A stretch of 64,000 bases of DNA from Polyangiales bacterium (lineage in GTDB: Bacteria; Myxococcota_A; Polyangia; Polyangiales; Polyangiaceae): NCBI GenBank assembly GCA_038230375.1, contig JBBRNJ010000010.1:1-64000 (forward strand), written 5' to 3'. The position numbers and the translations under genes are program-made. Shown here in pieces: positions 1-9,632 of this stretch. Positions within the stretch are counted from its first letter, which is position 1. Each line of letters starts with the position of its first letter. The notes under the pieces are model-generated. The model saw nothing but the letters and a program-made list of their open reading frames with translations. It made no database searches and was not told the origin of the DNA.

Positions 1-1164
1 CAGCCGAAGAACGAGATCATCATCAACTTCCCGGTGAAGATGGACAACGGGGAAGTACGTCTCTTCAAGGGCTACCGCGTGCAGCACAACAACCTGCTCG
101 GACCCTTCAAGGGCGGCATGCGCTTCCACCCGAGCGTCACGCTCGACGACGTGAAGGCGCTCGCGGCCATGATGACCTGGAAGAGCGCGCTCCTCCGCCT
201 GCCGTTCGGCGGCGGCAAGGGCGGCATCAAGTTCGATCCGCACGGCGTGTCCAAGGCGGAGCTCCAGCGCATCACGCGTCGCTTCACGCACTCGCTCGGT
301 GAGAACATCGGACCCGAGTACGACATCCCGGCGCCGGACGTCGGCACCAACAGCCAGACCATGGCGTGGATGATGGACACGTACTCCAACATGGTCGGCT
401 CCGCGCAGAAGCAGTCCGTGAAGGGCGTCGTGACCGGCAAGCCCGTCTCCAGCGGCGGCACGCTCGGTCGCACGAAGGCCACGGGCCAGGGCTGCGTCAT
501 CTGCGTCGTCGAGTGGGCCAAGGAGAAGAACTTCGATCTCGAAGGCAGCACCATGACAGTGCAGGGCTTCGGCAACGTCGGCTCGCACCTCGCGGTCATC
601 CTCTCGCGCCTCGGCGTGTCCACGGTCGCCGTCGGCGATCACACGGGCTACCTCCTGAACCCGGAGGGCTTCAACGCCCACAAGCTGCAGGACTACGTCG
701 CGTCGAAGGGCTCCATCGCCGGCTATCCGGGTGGCAAGCCGATCACGCGCGAGGAGTTCTTCGCCACCAAGGCCGACATCTTCGCGCCCTGCGCGCTCGA
801 GAACCAGATCGGCGAGGCCGAGGCCGCGTCGCTCAACGTCAAGGTCATCGTCGAAGGCGCCAACGGCCCCACGAACCCGGCCGGCGAGAAGATCCTGCTC
901 GAGAAGGGCGTGGACATCCTGCCCGACGTGCTCGCGAACTCCGGCGGCGTCACCGTCAGCTACTACGAGTGGGTGCAGAACAAGCGCTCGGAGAGCTGGA
1001 CGGAGGAAGAGGTCGACGCCAAGCTCGAACGCGCGATGACCCGTGCGTACAAGGAGGTCTCCGACTTCGCGCGCCAGAAGAAGGTCGACATGCGCGTCGC
1101 CGCGTATGCCCTGGCTCTGTCCCGCATCGAGTCGGTGTACAAGGAGCGCGAAATCTTCCCGTGA
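1..1164 (+). CDS. gdhA: Glu/Leu/Phe/Val dehydrogenase (glutamate dehydrogenase), 5' end outside window
   Basis: Frame open from base 1; GYRVQH, GPFKGGMRF, GGGKGG, PAPDVGT, QGFGNVG, EGANGP, ANSGGVTVSYYEW motifs. Confidence 0.95.
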   Translation, partial: QPKNEIIINFPVKMDNGEVRLFKGYRVQHNNLLGPFKGGMRFHPSVTLDDVKALAAMMTWKSALLRLPFGGGKGGIKFDPHGVSKAELQRITRRFTHSLGENIGPEYDIPAPDVGTNSQTMAWMMDTYSNMVGSAQKQSVKGVVTGKPVSSGGTLGRTKATGQGCVICVVEWAKEKNFDLEGSTMTVQGFGNVGSHLAVILSRLGVSTVAVGDHTGYLLNPEGFNAHKLQDYVASKGSIAGYPGGKPITREEFFATKADIFAPCALENQIGEAEAASLNVKVIVEGANGPTNPAGEKILLEKGVDILPDVLANSGGVTVSYYEWVQNKRSESWTEEEVDAKLERAMTRAYKEVSDFARQKKVDMRVAAYALALSRIESVYKEREIFP

Positions 1165-2045
1165 CCCAGGACGACGGCGGCAGCGCCGTCACGAACGACG
1201 AGCACAGTCCGGCGACCAAATTCGACGGGCTCGTGTTCGCTCGCACAACCTGGCGCCTCAGGGTGCTTGATGCGGTTGGCCTCTTGGTGGGAGTGGCGAG
1301 CGTCAGCCCCTTGGTCGCCATCTACTTCTCCGTACAGGTCACGCTCAGCGGATGGTGGCTCTTCCTGCTGATGTCGCTCTCGTTCAGCATTCTCCTGCTC
1401 GCTCAACGGGCGCGTCGGCTCTCGGTCGTCGTTGGCGCGGATGGCATCCAGCTCGACGGATACGGAACGCATGTATTCTACAGGCATGCGGAGATCGCCG
1501 GGGTCGAGCTGCAACCGAGAGGCGTCGACCTTCGCCTTCACGGTGGCGAGATCATCAAGCTCGTCCTTCCCGTTGAAGGAGTGCGGCGCGTGCCCCTCTC
1601 GCTCCCACATCGCCTCTACTGGCGCATCATGGACGCGCGAGTCGCTTCGCAGGAGACCAGTGTGGACGGTGAGGCGACGGCCACGCAGCTTGCCCGTCGA
1701 GGTCGCAGCGCACGTGCATGGTTGGACTTCCTGCGCCGGGAAGGCGCGGGCGCGGAAGAGGGATTTCGCACCGCGCCCGCCTCGCGCGAGGCATTGCTGG
1801 CCACCCTCGAGAACCCGGCAGCGCGCGCCGTGGATCGCTTCGCGGCGGCCGTGTCGCTCGCGAAGGATCTGACGCCGGCGGAGTCACCGCGTGTGCGCGT
1901 GGCGATCGAAGCCTGCGCCGATGCGAAGGTGGCGTCGCGGCTTCGCATCGCGGTGGAGCCGCCCAGCGATGAGGCGCTCGAGGAGGCGTTGTTGGAAGCG
2001 GAGGCGGACGACAGCCCACAGCCAGGCCCGCAGCGCGCGTCGTGA
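1161..2045 (+). CDS. Hypothetical membrane protein (2 TM, small beta domain, helical C-terminus); paralog of next gene
   Basis: GTG start overlaps gdh stop (GTGA); hydrophobic segments; C-terminus clearly similar to 2062..3330. Confidence 0.75.
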   Translation: MTQDDGGSAVTNDEHSPATKFDGLVFARTTWRLRVLDAVGLLVGVASVSPLVAIYFSVQVTLSGWWLFLLMSLSFSILLLAQRARRLSVVVGADGIQLDGYGTHVFYRHAEIAGVELQPRGVDLRLHGGEIIKLVLPVEGVRRVPLSLPHRLYWRIMDARVASQETSVDGEATATQLARRGRSARAWLDFLRREGAGAEEGFRTAPASREALLATLENPAARAVDRFAAAVSLAKDLTPAESPRVRVAIEACADAKVASRLRIAVEPPSDEALEEALLEAEADDSPQPGPQRAS

Positions 2046-2061
2046 TAGACTCACGGGTGCG

Positions 2062-3330
2062 ATGTCCGCCGAAGTGAACGACGAGGACGTCACGCTCGCC
2101 ACCGACACACAGGGGCGGACAACCACTCGCCCGGGTGTCATGCCCGTTCGCTTTGATTCGCCTGGACTACGCCTCGTTTCACTCGGCATCTGGGGCGCGA
2201 TGATGTTGGGCATCGGGCACCTACCAACGGCCGCGTGGCTCGTTGGCTGGTTCGCGTTCTTCGGTTGGGCAAGCCTCATGGGTCGTCTCGCGAAGCGGGT
2301 CACCATGCGCGAGCTCGTCGCCACCGCGGACATCATTCGCATCGGCAAGACCGTGGTGCCGAAGAAGGAGATCCAGACCGCCACGCCCATGCGCGACGGT
2401 GGGAGCCACTACGTGCGCCTGGTGCGCAGCCTTGGTCGTCGCATCGACGTCATGGTCTCTTCGGAGGAGGAGGCGGCCGACGTGTTGCACCAGCTGGGGC
2501 TGGATGCGGAGAGCACCGCGTGCTCGTTCCCCGTGCAGCCAGCAAAGGGCTCGAAGCGGTTGCTGGCGCTGCTGCCGTTCGGGTTGGCGGCGTTCTTCTG
2601 GATGGGCGGCGCGACCATGGTCGGCAGCTCCTATTTCCCGCTTGGCGCGTTCCTTCTTGCCATCGCGTTCTACGCGCGGCAACGGGCCACCCGGATCTCC
2701 CTGGTCGTCGGCACGGACGGCGTACAGGCGACGTCGCTCATGAAGAGTGCATTCTACAAGCATTCGGCGATAGCGCGCGTGGAGGCCAACGGCGCAGAGG
2801 TCGCGATCCACCTGCGGAGCGGCGAGGTGCTCGGCTACAAGGTGACCCAGCAGAGGAAGCCCAAGGCGGACGATATCGAGCTCGCGCGGCGCATCTGCGA
2901 GCGCATCGGAGCCGCGCGTCACGCAGCGGAGTCAGCGACCACGGACGAGGCGAGCACCACCTCGCTGGGCAGGGGAGGGCGCTCACCGCGTGAGTGGTTG
3001 GAGTTCCTGCGGCGCGTGGGCGACGGCGCGGAGGCAAGCTTCCGCAAGGCGTCGGTGTCGCGTGATGCGCTGCTGCGCACGCTGGAGAATCCGGCGGCTC
3101 GCTCGCTCGATCGCCTGACAGCCATGGTGTCGCTTGCGAAGACCCTTGGCGCGGACGAGGCCGTGCGGGTTCGGGTGGCGATCGACGCGTGTGCGGAGAA
3201 GAAGCTCGCCACGCGGCTTCGCGTCGCGCTCGAGGATCCCTCGGCAGACGCCCTGACGCACGCGCTGGTCGAGGCCGAGGCCGACGCAGAGAGCGAAACC
3301 GCGCCCGCCATCGCGAAGAGCGCGTTGTGA
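2062..3330 (+). CDS. Hypothetical membrane protein, paralog of upstream gene
   Basis: Shares VVG.DG, FY.H..IA.VE, GRS.R.WL.FLRR, LENPAAR..DR, RVRVAI.ACA motifs with 1161..2045. Confidence 0.8.
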   Translation: MSAEVNDEDVTLATDTQGRTTTRPGVMPVRFDSPGLRLVSLGIWGAMMLGIGHLPTAAWLVGWFAFFGWASLMGRLAKRVTMRELVATADIIRIGKTVVPKKEIQTATPMRDGGSHYVRLVRSLGRRIDVMVSSEEEAADVLHQLGLDAESTACSFPVQPAKGSKRLLALLPFGLAAFFWMGGATMVGSSYFPLGAFLLAIAFYARQRATRISLVVGTDGVQATSLMKSAFYKHSAIARVEANGAEVAIHLRSGEVLGYKVTQQRKPKADDIELARRICERIGAARHAAESATTDEASTTSLGRGGRSPREWLEFLRRVGDGAEASFRKASVSRDALLRTLENPAARSLDRLTAMVSLAKTLGADEAVRVRVAIDACAEKKLATRLRVALEDPSADALTHALVEAEADAESETAPAIAKSAL

Positions 3331-3346
3331 TAGGCTCCGCGGCCGT

Positions 3347-4165
3347 ATGCCCTACGCCCGCACACGATTAGGTCGTTTCTTCTACGAGGAACGCGGACAG
3401 CTGCCCAAGCCGGAGGCCGCCCCTGTCTTCATGCTCCATGGGTTCCTCTTTGACGGAAGGCAGTGGAGGAACCAGGTCGGCCCGGTCTCCGAGGTCACAC
3501 GCACCGTCGTCTTCGATGGTCCCGGTCACGGCAAGACAGAGGACCCGCCGCGCTTCACGCTGGAGGACCACGCAGAGGCGCTCCTGGACGCCATGAACGA
3601 GCTCGACGTGAAGAAGGCGATCCTTGTCGGCCTCTCGTGGGGCGCCATGGTCTCCATGCGCCTCGCGCTCGCGCATCCGGAGCGCGTCGCGGGGCTCATC
3701 CTCCTGGACACCAGCGCGCACGCCGAGTCGATAGTGAACCGCGCGAAGTATCGCGGCCTGCTCTCGCTGCATCGCCGCGTGGGTGTGCCCATGCAGCTCT
3801 ACAACCGCGCCGTCGCGCCGCTCCTCTTCGGGCCGCGCACGCTCCGCGAGAAGCCCGACCTGGTCGAAGAGTCGGGTCGCAACGGCCTTGGTTTCTCTCG
3901 CGAGGGCGTCGCCCGCGCGGGGCTCGCGGTCGTCGTGAAGCGTGGGGACATCTCGAAGCAGATCCCGCGTATCAACGCCCCCACGCTGGTGATGTGCGGC
4001 ACCGACGACCGCTCCACGGTCCCCGACGAGTCGCGCTTCATCGTGAACAACATCCCGCGCGCGCGAATGGGCTGGGTCGAAGACGCCGGCCACATGTCAG
4101 CGCTGGAAGAACCCGAAAAAGTAAACCGCGAGCTGGTCCCCTTCATCCGCGGCCTCATGCCTTAG
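3347..4165 (+). CDS. Alpha/beta fold hydrolase (enol-lactonase-like)
   Basis: LHGF, DGPGHG, GLSWG nucleophile elbow, GTDD, AGH. Confidence 0.9.
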   Translation: MPYARTRLGRFFYEERGQLPKPEAAPVFMLHGFLFDGRQWRNQVGPVSEVTRTVVFDGPGHGKTEDPPRFTLEDHAEALLDAMNELDVKKAILVGLSWGAMVSMRLALAHPERVAGLILLDTSAHAESIVNRAKYRGLLSLHRRVGVPMQLYNRAVAPLLFGPRTLREKPDLVEESGRNGLGFSREGVARAGLAVVVKRGDISKQIPRINAPTLVMCGTDDRSTVPDESRFIVNNIPRARMGWVEDAGHMSALEEPEKVNRELVPFIRGLMP

Positions 4166-4313
4166 AATGCCGGTGTTTTTCGCCGATACCTTCGGGCTGG
4201 GCGCGCTTTTCGTTCCGGTGCGTGCTCACGACCGGGAGGTCGTTCCGCGCGCTCCTCACGAGAAAGCGCACCCATCACTCGGTCTCGACGAAAACCATCC
4301 GGCCTTCTCGTGC
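4163..4313. repeat. 151-bp palindromic intergenic element (REP/MITE-like), copy A1
   Basis: Ungapped match to the reverse complement of 7930..8080 (9 mismatches by manual count); imperfect terminal inverted repeats; internal ACGACC-GGGA-GGTCGT hairpin. Confidence 0.9.
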
Positions 4314-4348
4314 GATGGTTTGCTGCGCGCGCTCGTGTTTGGAAGGCA

Positions 4349-5338
4349 TCAGTCGTGGAGTAGGCGGCGCACCACGTGATCGAGAAACGTGGACGCGGAG
4401 ACTATGAAGAAGAACATGCCTGCGAGGTGATTCGTGCGATCGGCGGCCGTGAGTAGCGTGGGTCCGCCGCCGGGCTGGCGCGCTATGCGGAAGAGCCTGG
4501 CGTAGAGGATGATCATTGCGACTGAAACGCCTCCGAGCGCGAGCGCGTAGATGTAGCTCGCGCGGCCGGTGTAGAGGAGCGACGCGCCGGTGAGCGCGGC
4601 GAGTACATAGACGACGGCAGAGAGGATGAGCGTGCGTTGCGCGCCCAGCGCGAGCGCGAAGGTCCGTACGTTGCCGATGCGATCGCCCTCTTGATCGTGA
4701 ATGCCGCCGAGCATGTCCTGCGAGAAGTCCGCCAGGTAGATGTAGCCGACCGCCCCGCAGAGGATGCGCGGCTCCGTGCAGCCCGCGATCGAGAGCCCGT
4801 AGAGCGGGAACATCGCCGACACCACGGGCGTCAGGATCTCCGAAGAGCCAGGTACGCGGATGTTGCTCTTGGCCCACCCGTAGAAGAAGAGCGCGTACAC
4901 CGTCATTGCCGACGCCACTGCAAGGCTCTGCCGGTTGACCTGCGTGCTCACCAGTGCGCCGCCGACGAGCAGTGCGACCGCCGTGGCCATGACGTGTTGC
5001 CACGCGGACTTTCCCTGCGGAATGGGCCTGTCGGGATGCACGCGTGCATCCACGTGTCGGTCCGCGGCGTCGTTGATGAGGAAGATGCCGAAGAGCAGCA
5101 TGGTCGCGCCGAGCAGGCCGAAGCCGAGGCGGCGCATGGAGGCCGCGCCCAGTTCGTCAAGGCCGCCGCCCAGGCCGACCCAGCCCAGAACCATGAGCAG
5201 GTAGATGAAGATCGTCCCGAAGAACGGGTATCGCCAGCCGCGGAAGTAGTTCCACAGGCTCTCGCCGTAGGTGAGGTGAACGGGGGCCGCGTGGGGCTTT
5301 GCGTGCTGCACGTCAGGTTCTACGCGCGACCGATCCAT
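4349..5338 (-). CDS. UbiA family prenyltransferase
   Basis: NDAADRHVDARVHPDRPIPQG and HDQEGDR aspartate-rich motifs, multiple TM helices, GAGGAGG RBS before ATG at 5338. Confidence 0.9.
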   Translation of the reverse strand: MDRSRVEPDVQHAKPHAAPVHLTYGESLWNYFRGWRYPFFGTIFIYLLMVLGWVGLGGGLDELGAASMRRLGFGLLGATMLLFGIFLINDAADRHVDARVHPDRPIPQGKSAWQHVMATAVALLVGGALVSTQVNRQSLAVASAMTVYALFFYGWAKSNIRVPGSSEILTPVVSAMFPLYGLSIAGCTEPRILCGAVGYIYLADFSQDMLGGIHDQEGDRIGNVRTFALALGAQRTLILSAVVYVLAALTGASLLYTGRASYIYALALGGVSVAMIILYARLFRIARQPGGGPTLLTAADRTNHLAGMFFFIVSASTFLDHVVRRLLHD

Positions 5339-5365
5339 GCGGCCTCCTCGGTCGTAGCGTTTTCG

Positions 5366-6016
5366 ATGGCCATTGCACGGCACGGTGACGCTGCGTACAC
5401 GGTGGAGCTCGCGGAGAGCACCCAAGAGCGCGCACATGTGTTTGCGCTGCGCGAAGCCGAGTATCGGGTGGCCCAGAGCTATCTACTGGCGCCCCCCGGC
5501 GGGCTGCGCCCGCGCGCAGAGGACGTGTACGACGAGCGCTCCTTCATCTTCGTCTGCGCGCGCGTCGGCGAGAGCGCAGCGCTGGCGACCTGCAGGTTCA
5601 CGGTGCCGCTGCGTGGCCGATTCGAGCTGTGCGATCTGACGGACGCGTGGACGCGGCCCCAGGTGCCCGAGGGCACGCTGGTGGAGACAAGCCGCGTGGT
5701 GGTTCGTCGCGATGAGCGCGCGACCGGTCTCGTGGAGGCGATGTTGCTTCTTGCGGGCACATGGCTGCTGCGCGAGACACCCCTACGCTACAACTTCGCG
5801 GTGTGCGCGCGCCCCCTGGAGCGGCTCTACGCGCGCCTTGGCATGCGCGTCACCAGCGGAGAAGAGCTCACGCTCCGCGGCCGGCCCCAGGACCGGCGCT
5901 ACGTCGTCATCCACGGGGACATGATGACGTCGCAGCCCACGGTCATGACGCGCCTTGCTGCGCGCGGGTGGCAGCTTTCGGAGTCCGCGGCGTCACGAAG
6001 GAGAGCAGGCACATGA
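5366..6016 (+). CDS. GNAT-fold N-acyltransferase, LuxI/FeeM (N-acyl amino acid synthase)-like
   Basis: LR...Y, EDVYDE, ATCRF, VETSR, RLYARLG motifs; start codon uncertain. Confidence 0.75.
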   Translation: MAIARHGDAAYTVELAESTQERAHVFALREAEYRVAQSYLLAPPGGLRPRAEDVYDERSFIFVCARVGESAALATCRFTVPLRGRFELCDLTDAWTRPQVPEGTLVETSRVVVRRDERATGLVEAMLLLAGTWLLRETPLRYNFAVCARPLERLYARLGMRVTSGEELTLRGRPQDRRYVVIHGDMMTSQPTVMTRLAARGWQLSESAASRRRAGT

Positions 6017-6678
6017 GCGAACTATTTTTCGAGCGCCTCGGCAACGTCGAGCGCACCGCATGGCACGCGATCCACGAGAGCCCGTCGTGGCAGCGGCTGA
6101 AGCGCGGCATCGACCGCGACTTCTACATTTCGTTGATGACGCAGGTCTATCACTACACGCGGTTCAACGCGCAGAACCAGGCTCTGGTCGCTGTCGGCCT
6201 CACGTCGGAGCGCCTGCCGCTCCTCAAATATTGCCTGCATCATGCATACACCGAGGCCGGTCACGACCTGATGGTGCTGAAGGATCTGGAGAGCATTGGC
6301 GTGTCGGCGGAGTCGGTGCGGACCTCGCGGCCCTTGCCGGAGACCGAGGCATTCATCGGCTACCTCTTTCGTCTGAAGGAACAAGATGCGACCGCGCGCC
6401 TTGGGTACAGCTACTGGGCAGAGGGCTGCTATCCATACCTGGAGGACTTCCTGGTCGCGTTGCGTCGCGATCTGAAGCTCGCGCCGTCGCAGCTCAGCTT
6501 CCTGGTGGCGCACTCCGTCATCGACAAAGCGCACCTGGAAGAGGTCAAAGACATCCTGCGCGAGACGTGCGGCACTGCACCGGAGCTTCAGGACGGCGTG
6601 GTGCATGTGCTCGAGACTTCGCTCCACCTCATGAAGAACATCTACGACGCAGTGCACGCGCGGAATCCGCAGAAGTAG
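6013..6678 (+). CDS. Heme-oxygenase-like diiron enzyme (iron-containing redox enzyme, TenA/PqqC/CADD superfamily)
   Basis: HHAYTEAGH, YWAEG, HSVIDKAH ligand pattern; ATGA overlap with upstream gene. Confidence 0.85.
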   Translation: MSELFFERLGNVERTAWHAIHESPSWQRLKRGIDRDFYISLMTQVYHYTRFNAQNQALVAVGLTSERLPLLKYCLHHAYTEAGHDLMVLKDLESIGVSAESVRTSRPLPETEAFIGYLFRLKEQDATARLGYSYWAEGCYPYLEDFLVALRRDLKLAPSQLSFLVAHSVIDKAHLEEVKDILRETCGTAPELQDGVVHVLETSLHLMKNIYDAVHARNPQK

Positions 6679-6708
6679 GCGCGCCTCGTGGTCTGATAGT
6701 CTTGCCGG

Positions 6709-7911
6709 ATGAACTTCGGTGCGATCGCGGAGGCGCTTTCAGGAGAGACCTTGCCCGCGATGGTCGTCGACCTGGACGCATTCGATCGCAACGTTGGCCG
6801 TCACGTCGCTGTCTGCGCGGCGAAGGCGAAGCCGATTCGCGTGGCCACCAAGTCCCTCCGCGTGCGCGCGCTCATCGATCGCGTGAAGGAGAAGTGTGGC
6901 GCTTCGTTCGGCGGGCTCATGTGCTTCTCTGTCCGAGAGGCTTGTTTTCTCGCTCGGAATGGCCACGACGACCTGCTCGTGGCCTATCCCACGCTCGCGC
7001 CCGCTGACCTGCTTGCGCTCGCGCGCCTGGGAGCGGATGGAAAGCGCGTGATCGTCACCGTGGACTCCGAGGAGTCCGCGCGTGCGGCGGCAAGGGCGGC
7101 GGAGGCGAGCGGCGCGAAGCTTTGCGTGGTGGTGTGCGTGGACACGAGCTTGTCGCTGTTCGGAGCTCACCTTGGCGTGCGTCGGTCTCCGCTCGCACGC
7201 CCGGAGGACGTGTTGCGCGTGGCGCGGCTGGCGCGTGACACCGGGCATCTGACGGTCGTGGGGTTGCTCGCGTACGAGGCGCTCGTCGCAGGCGTTGCCG
7301 ATCAGAAGGCAAGTGCTCGCGCGAGGAGCGCGGTGCTCCGCATGCTGAAGTCGCGAAGCATCGACGACGTGCGTGCGCGCCGGCTTGCAATGTCATCGGC
7401 CCTTCGTGACGACGGCTTCGACATCACGCTCGTCAACGGCGGTGGGACCGGGTCCCTGGAGTCCACCGCCCTTGACCCGAGCGTGACGGAGGTGAGCTGC
7501 GGCTCTGGCTTCCTGTTGCCGCACCTGTTCGACGAGTACGCGAGCCCGCTGGTCCGTTCGCTCGAGCCCGCGGAGGTGTTTGCGGTGGAGGTGACGCGGC
7601 GTCCTGGTCCGGGCTTCGTCACATGCGCAGGCGGCGGGTACATCGCGTCGGGTGAGGCCGGCGCTGACCGCTTGCCCATGGTGGTTTTTCCAGCGGGCCT
7701 CTCGCTGCTCGCGCTCGAAGGCGCGGGTGAAGTGCAGACACCGCTCGAAGGTGCAGGCGCCGATGCAACCGCGCTCGGAAGCGTCGCGCTGCTGCGGCCT
7801 GCGAAAGCAGGCGAGCCGATGGAGCGGTTCGCGGAGGTCCTTCTCTTCTCGGACGGAAAGATCATCCGGCGCGAGAAGACGTATCGCGGCGAGCTCCAAA
7901 GCTTCGGCTGA
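6709..7911 (+). CDS. Fold-type III PLP enzyme (alanine racemase / D-threonine aldolase / D-serine deaminase-like)
   Basis: VVDLDAFDRN, RVATKSLR (PLP Lys), GVRRSP, LAYE, NGGGTGS, GEVQTP. Confidence 0.85.
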   Translation: MNFGAIAEALSGETLPAMVVDLDAFDRNVGRHVAVCAAKAKPIRVATKSLRVRALIDRVKEKCGASFGGLMCFSVREACFLARNGHDDLLVAYPTLAPADLLALARLGADGKRVIVTVDSEESARAAARAAEASGAKLCVVVCVDTSLSLFGAHLGVRRSPLARPEDVLRVARLARDTGHLTVVGLLAYEALVAGVADQKASARARSAVLRMLKSRSIDDVRARRLAMSSALRDDGFDITLVNGGGTGSLESTALDPSVTEVSCGSGFLLPHLFDEYASPLVRSLEPAEVFAVEVTRRPGPGFVTCAGGGYIASGEAGADRLPMVVFPAGLSLLALEGAGEVQTPLEGAGADATALGSVALLRPAKAGEPMERFAEVLLFSDGKIIRREKTYRGELQSFG

Positions 7912-7929
7912 TGAGCTTGCCAACGATGT

Positions 7930-8080
7930 GCACGAGAAGGCCGGATGGGTTTCGTCGAGACCGAGCGATGGGTGCGCTTTCTCGTGAGGAGCGCGCGGAA
8001 CGACCTCCCGGTCGTGAGCACGCACCGGAACGAAAAGCGCGCCCAGCGCGAAGGGATCGGCGAAAGCCGCCGGTCTTCTA
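7930..8080. repeat. 151-bp palindromic intergenic element, copy A2 (inverted relative to A1)
   Basis: Reverse complement of 4163..4313. Confidence 0.9.
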
Positions 8081-9616
8081 GAAGGTGCCCATGACTCCGA
8101 TGCCGTAGGCGGGCACGGGCCCTTCACGCGTAGCGCTCTGCCCGATCACGCCGGTCATCGGCAAGAGCTGGAACGCCGCGGGCTTCGGCGGGGCAGGCGC
8201 TGGGGCTCCGGGCTCGGGCTTCGCCTTCGACTTCTCACGCGTGAGCGCATAGCCGATCGCGCCGCCGGCGATCGTGCCCGCGGCGGTGAGCCCGAGGAAC
8301 GCGCGTGTCTTCTGCGTGGACACGAGATCGCCCGATGCGACGTCGTTCACGATGAACGGAGAGCCCGCTGCGGAGCCCGCGAGCGCGCCAAGACCAGCGC
8401 CCAGATCGATGAGCAGCGTGCGCTGCGTGGTGACGTCCACGAAGAGCGCCGTGGTCCCCATGGAGACCAGGCCCACCGCGGAGCCAAGGCCCGCGCCGAA
8501 GTTGGGCGCAGCGCTCAGGTCCCCGCGATAGGCCAGGTCAGCGAGCGAGCCAAGGAGCAGACCGAGTGCACCACCGGAGTGGGTGAGCGTGGCGCCGCCC
8601 TCGTCCATGCGCTTGCGCGTGAGCCCGATGATGCCAAGGCCAAGGCCGCCCACGCCGCCGCCCACGCCCCACGCATAGCGATCGTCCACGGGCTGGATGT
8701 GCTGGCTGTTCGCGAGCAGGAAGAACGAGCTGGTCCCCCACCACGCCCCTCCAGCGAGGTACCACGCGTCGCCAGTGGTGACGTCGAACTCCTCCGCGCC
8801 GAGCAGCGCTGCGCCAAGGCCAGTGCCCGTGCCGATCGCGAGCAGCGGATAGAGCAGCCGCGGGTCCTCCGAGCCGCCCGCGCGCGAAATGCTGTAGGAT
8901 ACATATGCTCCGAACAGCGCGCCGTTCAGCGCGAGCACCGCGCGGCCCGGCGATTTGAGCTTGCTCATCACCCCATAGCCGATCGACTGGCTGTTCTCTG
9001 GACGGTCCTCCGGCGAAGGCGGCGGCGCAACGCTCAGAAGGTCGCGCACCATCACGAGCCCGCGCACGGCGATGTCCGGCGAGCGCACGCGCTCCACGCG
9101 CACGCGCAGGCTCTTGGACTTTGGAGGTACGGCAACGATGCGCAGCATGAACGTGTCCGTGCCGTCGGGCTGGATGCGCGCGCTGATCACCCACTCGCCT
9201 TCTTCGGCCGCACCGCGCTTGCCCGAGCGAGCCGCGCGTTCAAGGAGATCGATATCGCGCATCTTGTCTGCCGCGGGGCCAAGGTCCGCCACGTCGAGGT
9301 CCAGACCAAAGTCCTGCATGGCATCGCGCAGCGTCGCGTCGAGCTCTTGCGCGCGTGCATACACGTCCAGCTCCGTGGCCTTCGGCTTGTGAAGCGGCTC
9401 CTTCGAGGCCTCGTCTCCGGCCGGAGTCAGCGTCGGCCAGACCACCACGCGGCCGGTGAGGGCGCCTGGCGGCGGCGGAGGCGGCGGAGGCGGTGTCGTC
9501 GGCAGCGCGTCATCGGCGGGCACGGTCGGCGACTCTGCGCGCGCGGGCGCCGCGATCGTCGAGATCGCGATTACCGCCGCCATTACGCCAAGCCCTCGCC
9601 TCCCAAGCATCGCCAC
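8078..9616 (-). CDS. Hypothetical exported/membrane protein with Gly-rich hydrophobic C-terminal half
   Basis: Signal peptide ending ARA, Pro-rich linker, glycine-zipper-like segments, terminal Phe; start may be ATG 9610. Confidence 0.75.
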   Translation of the reverse strand: MAMLGRRGLGVMAAVIAISTIAAPARAESPTVPADDALPTTPPPPPPPPPGALTGRVVVWPTLTPAGDEASKEPLHKPKATELDVYARAQELDATLRDAMQDFGLDLDVADLGPAADKMRDIDLLERAARSGKRGAAEEGEWVISARIQPDGTDTFMLRIVAVPPKSKSLRVRVERVRSPDIAVRGLVMVRDLLSVAPPPSPEDRPENSQSIGYGVMSKLKSPGRAVLALNGALFGAYVSYSISRAGGSEDPRLLYPLLAIGTGTGLGAALLGAEEFDVTTGDAWYLAGGAWWGTSSFFLLANSQHIQPVDDRYAWGVGGGVGGLGLGIIGLTRKRMDEGGATLTHSGGALGLLLGSLADLAYRGDLSAAPNFGAGLGSAVGLVSMGTTALFVDVTTQRTLLIDLGAGLGALAGSAAGSPFIVNDVASGDLVSTQKTRAFLGLTAAGTIAGGAIGYALTREKSKAKPEPGAPAPAPPKPAAFQLLPMTGVIGQSATREGPVPAYGIGVMGTF

Positions 9617-9632
9617 GAGGTTAGCGCGGGTG

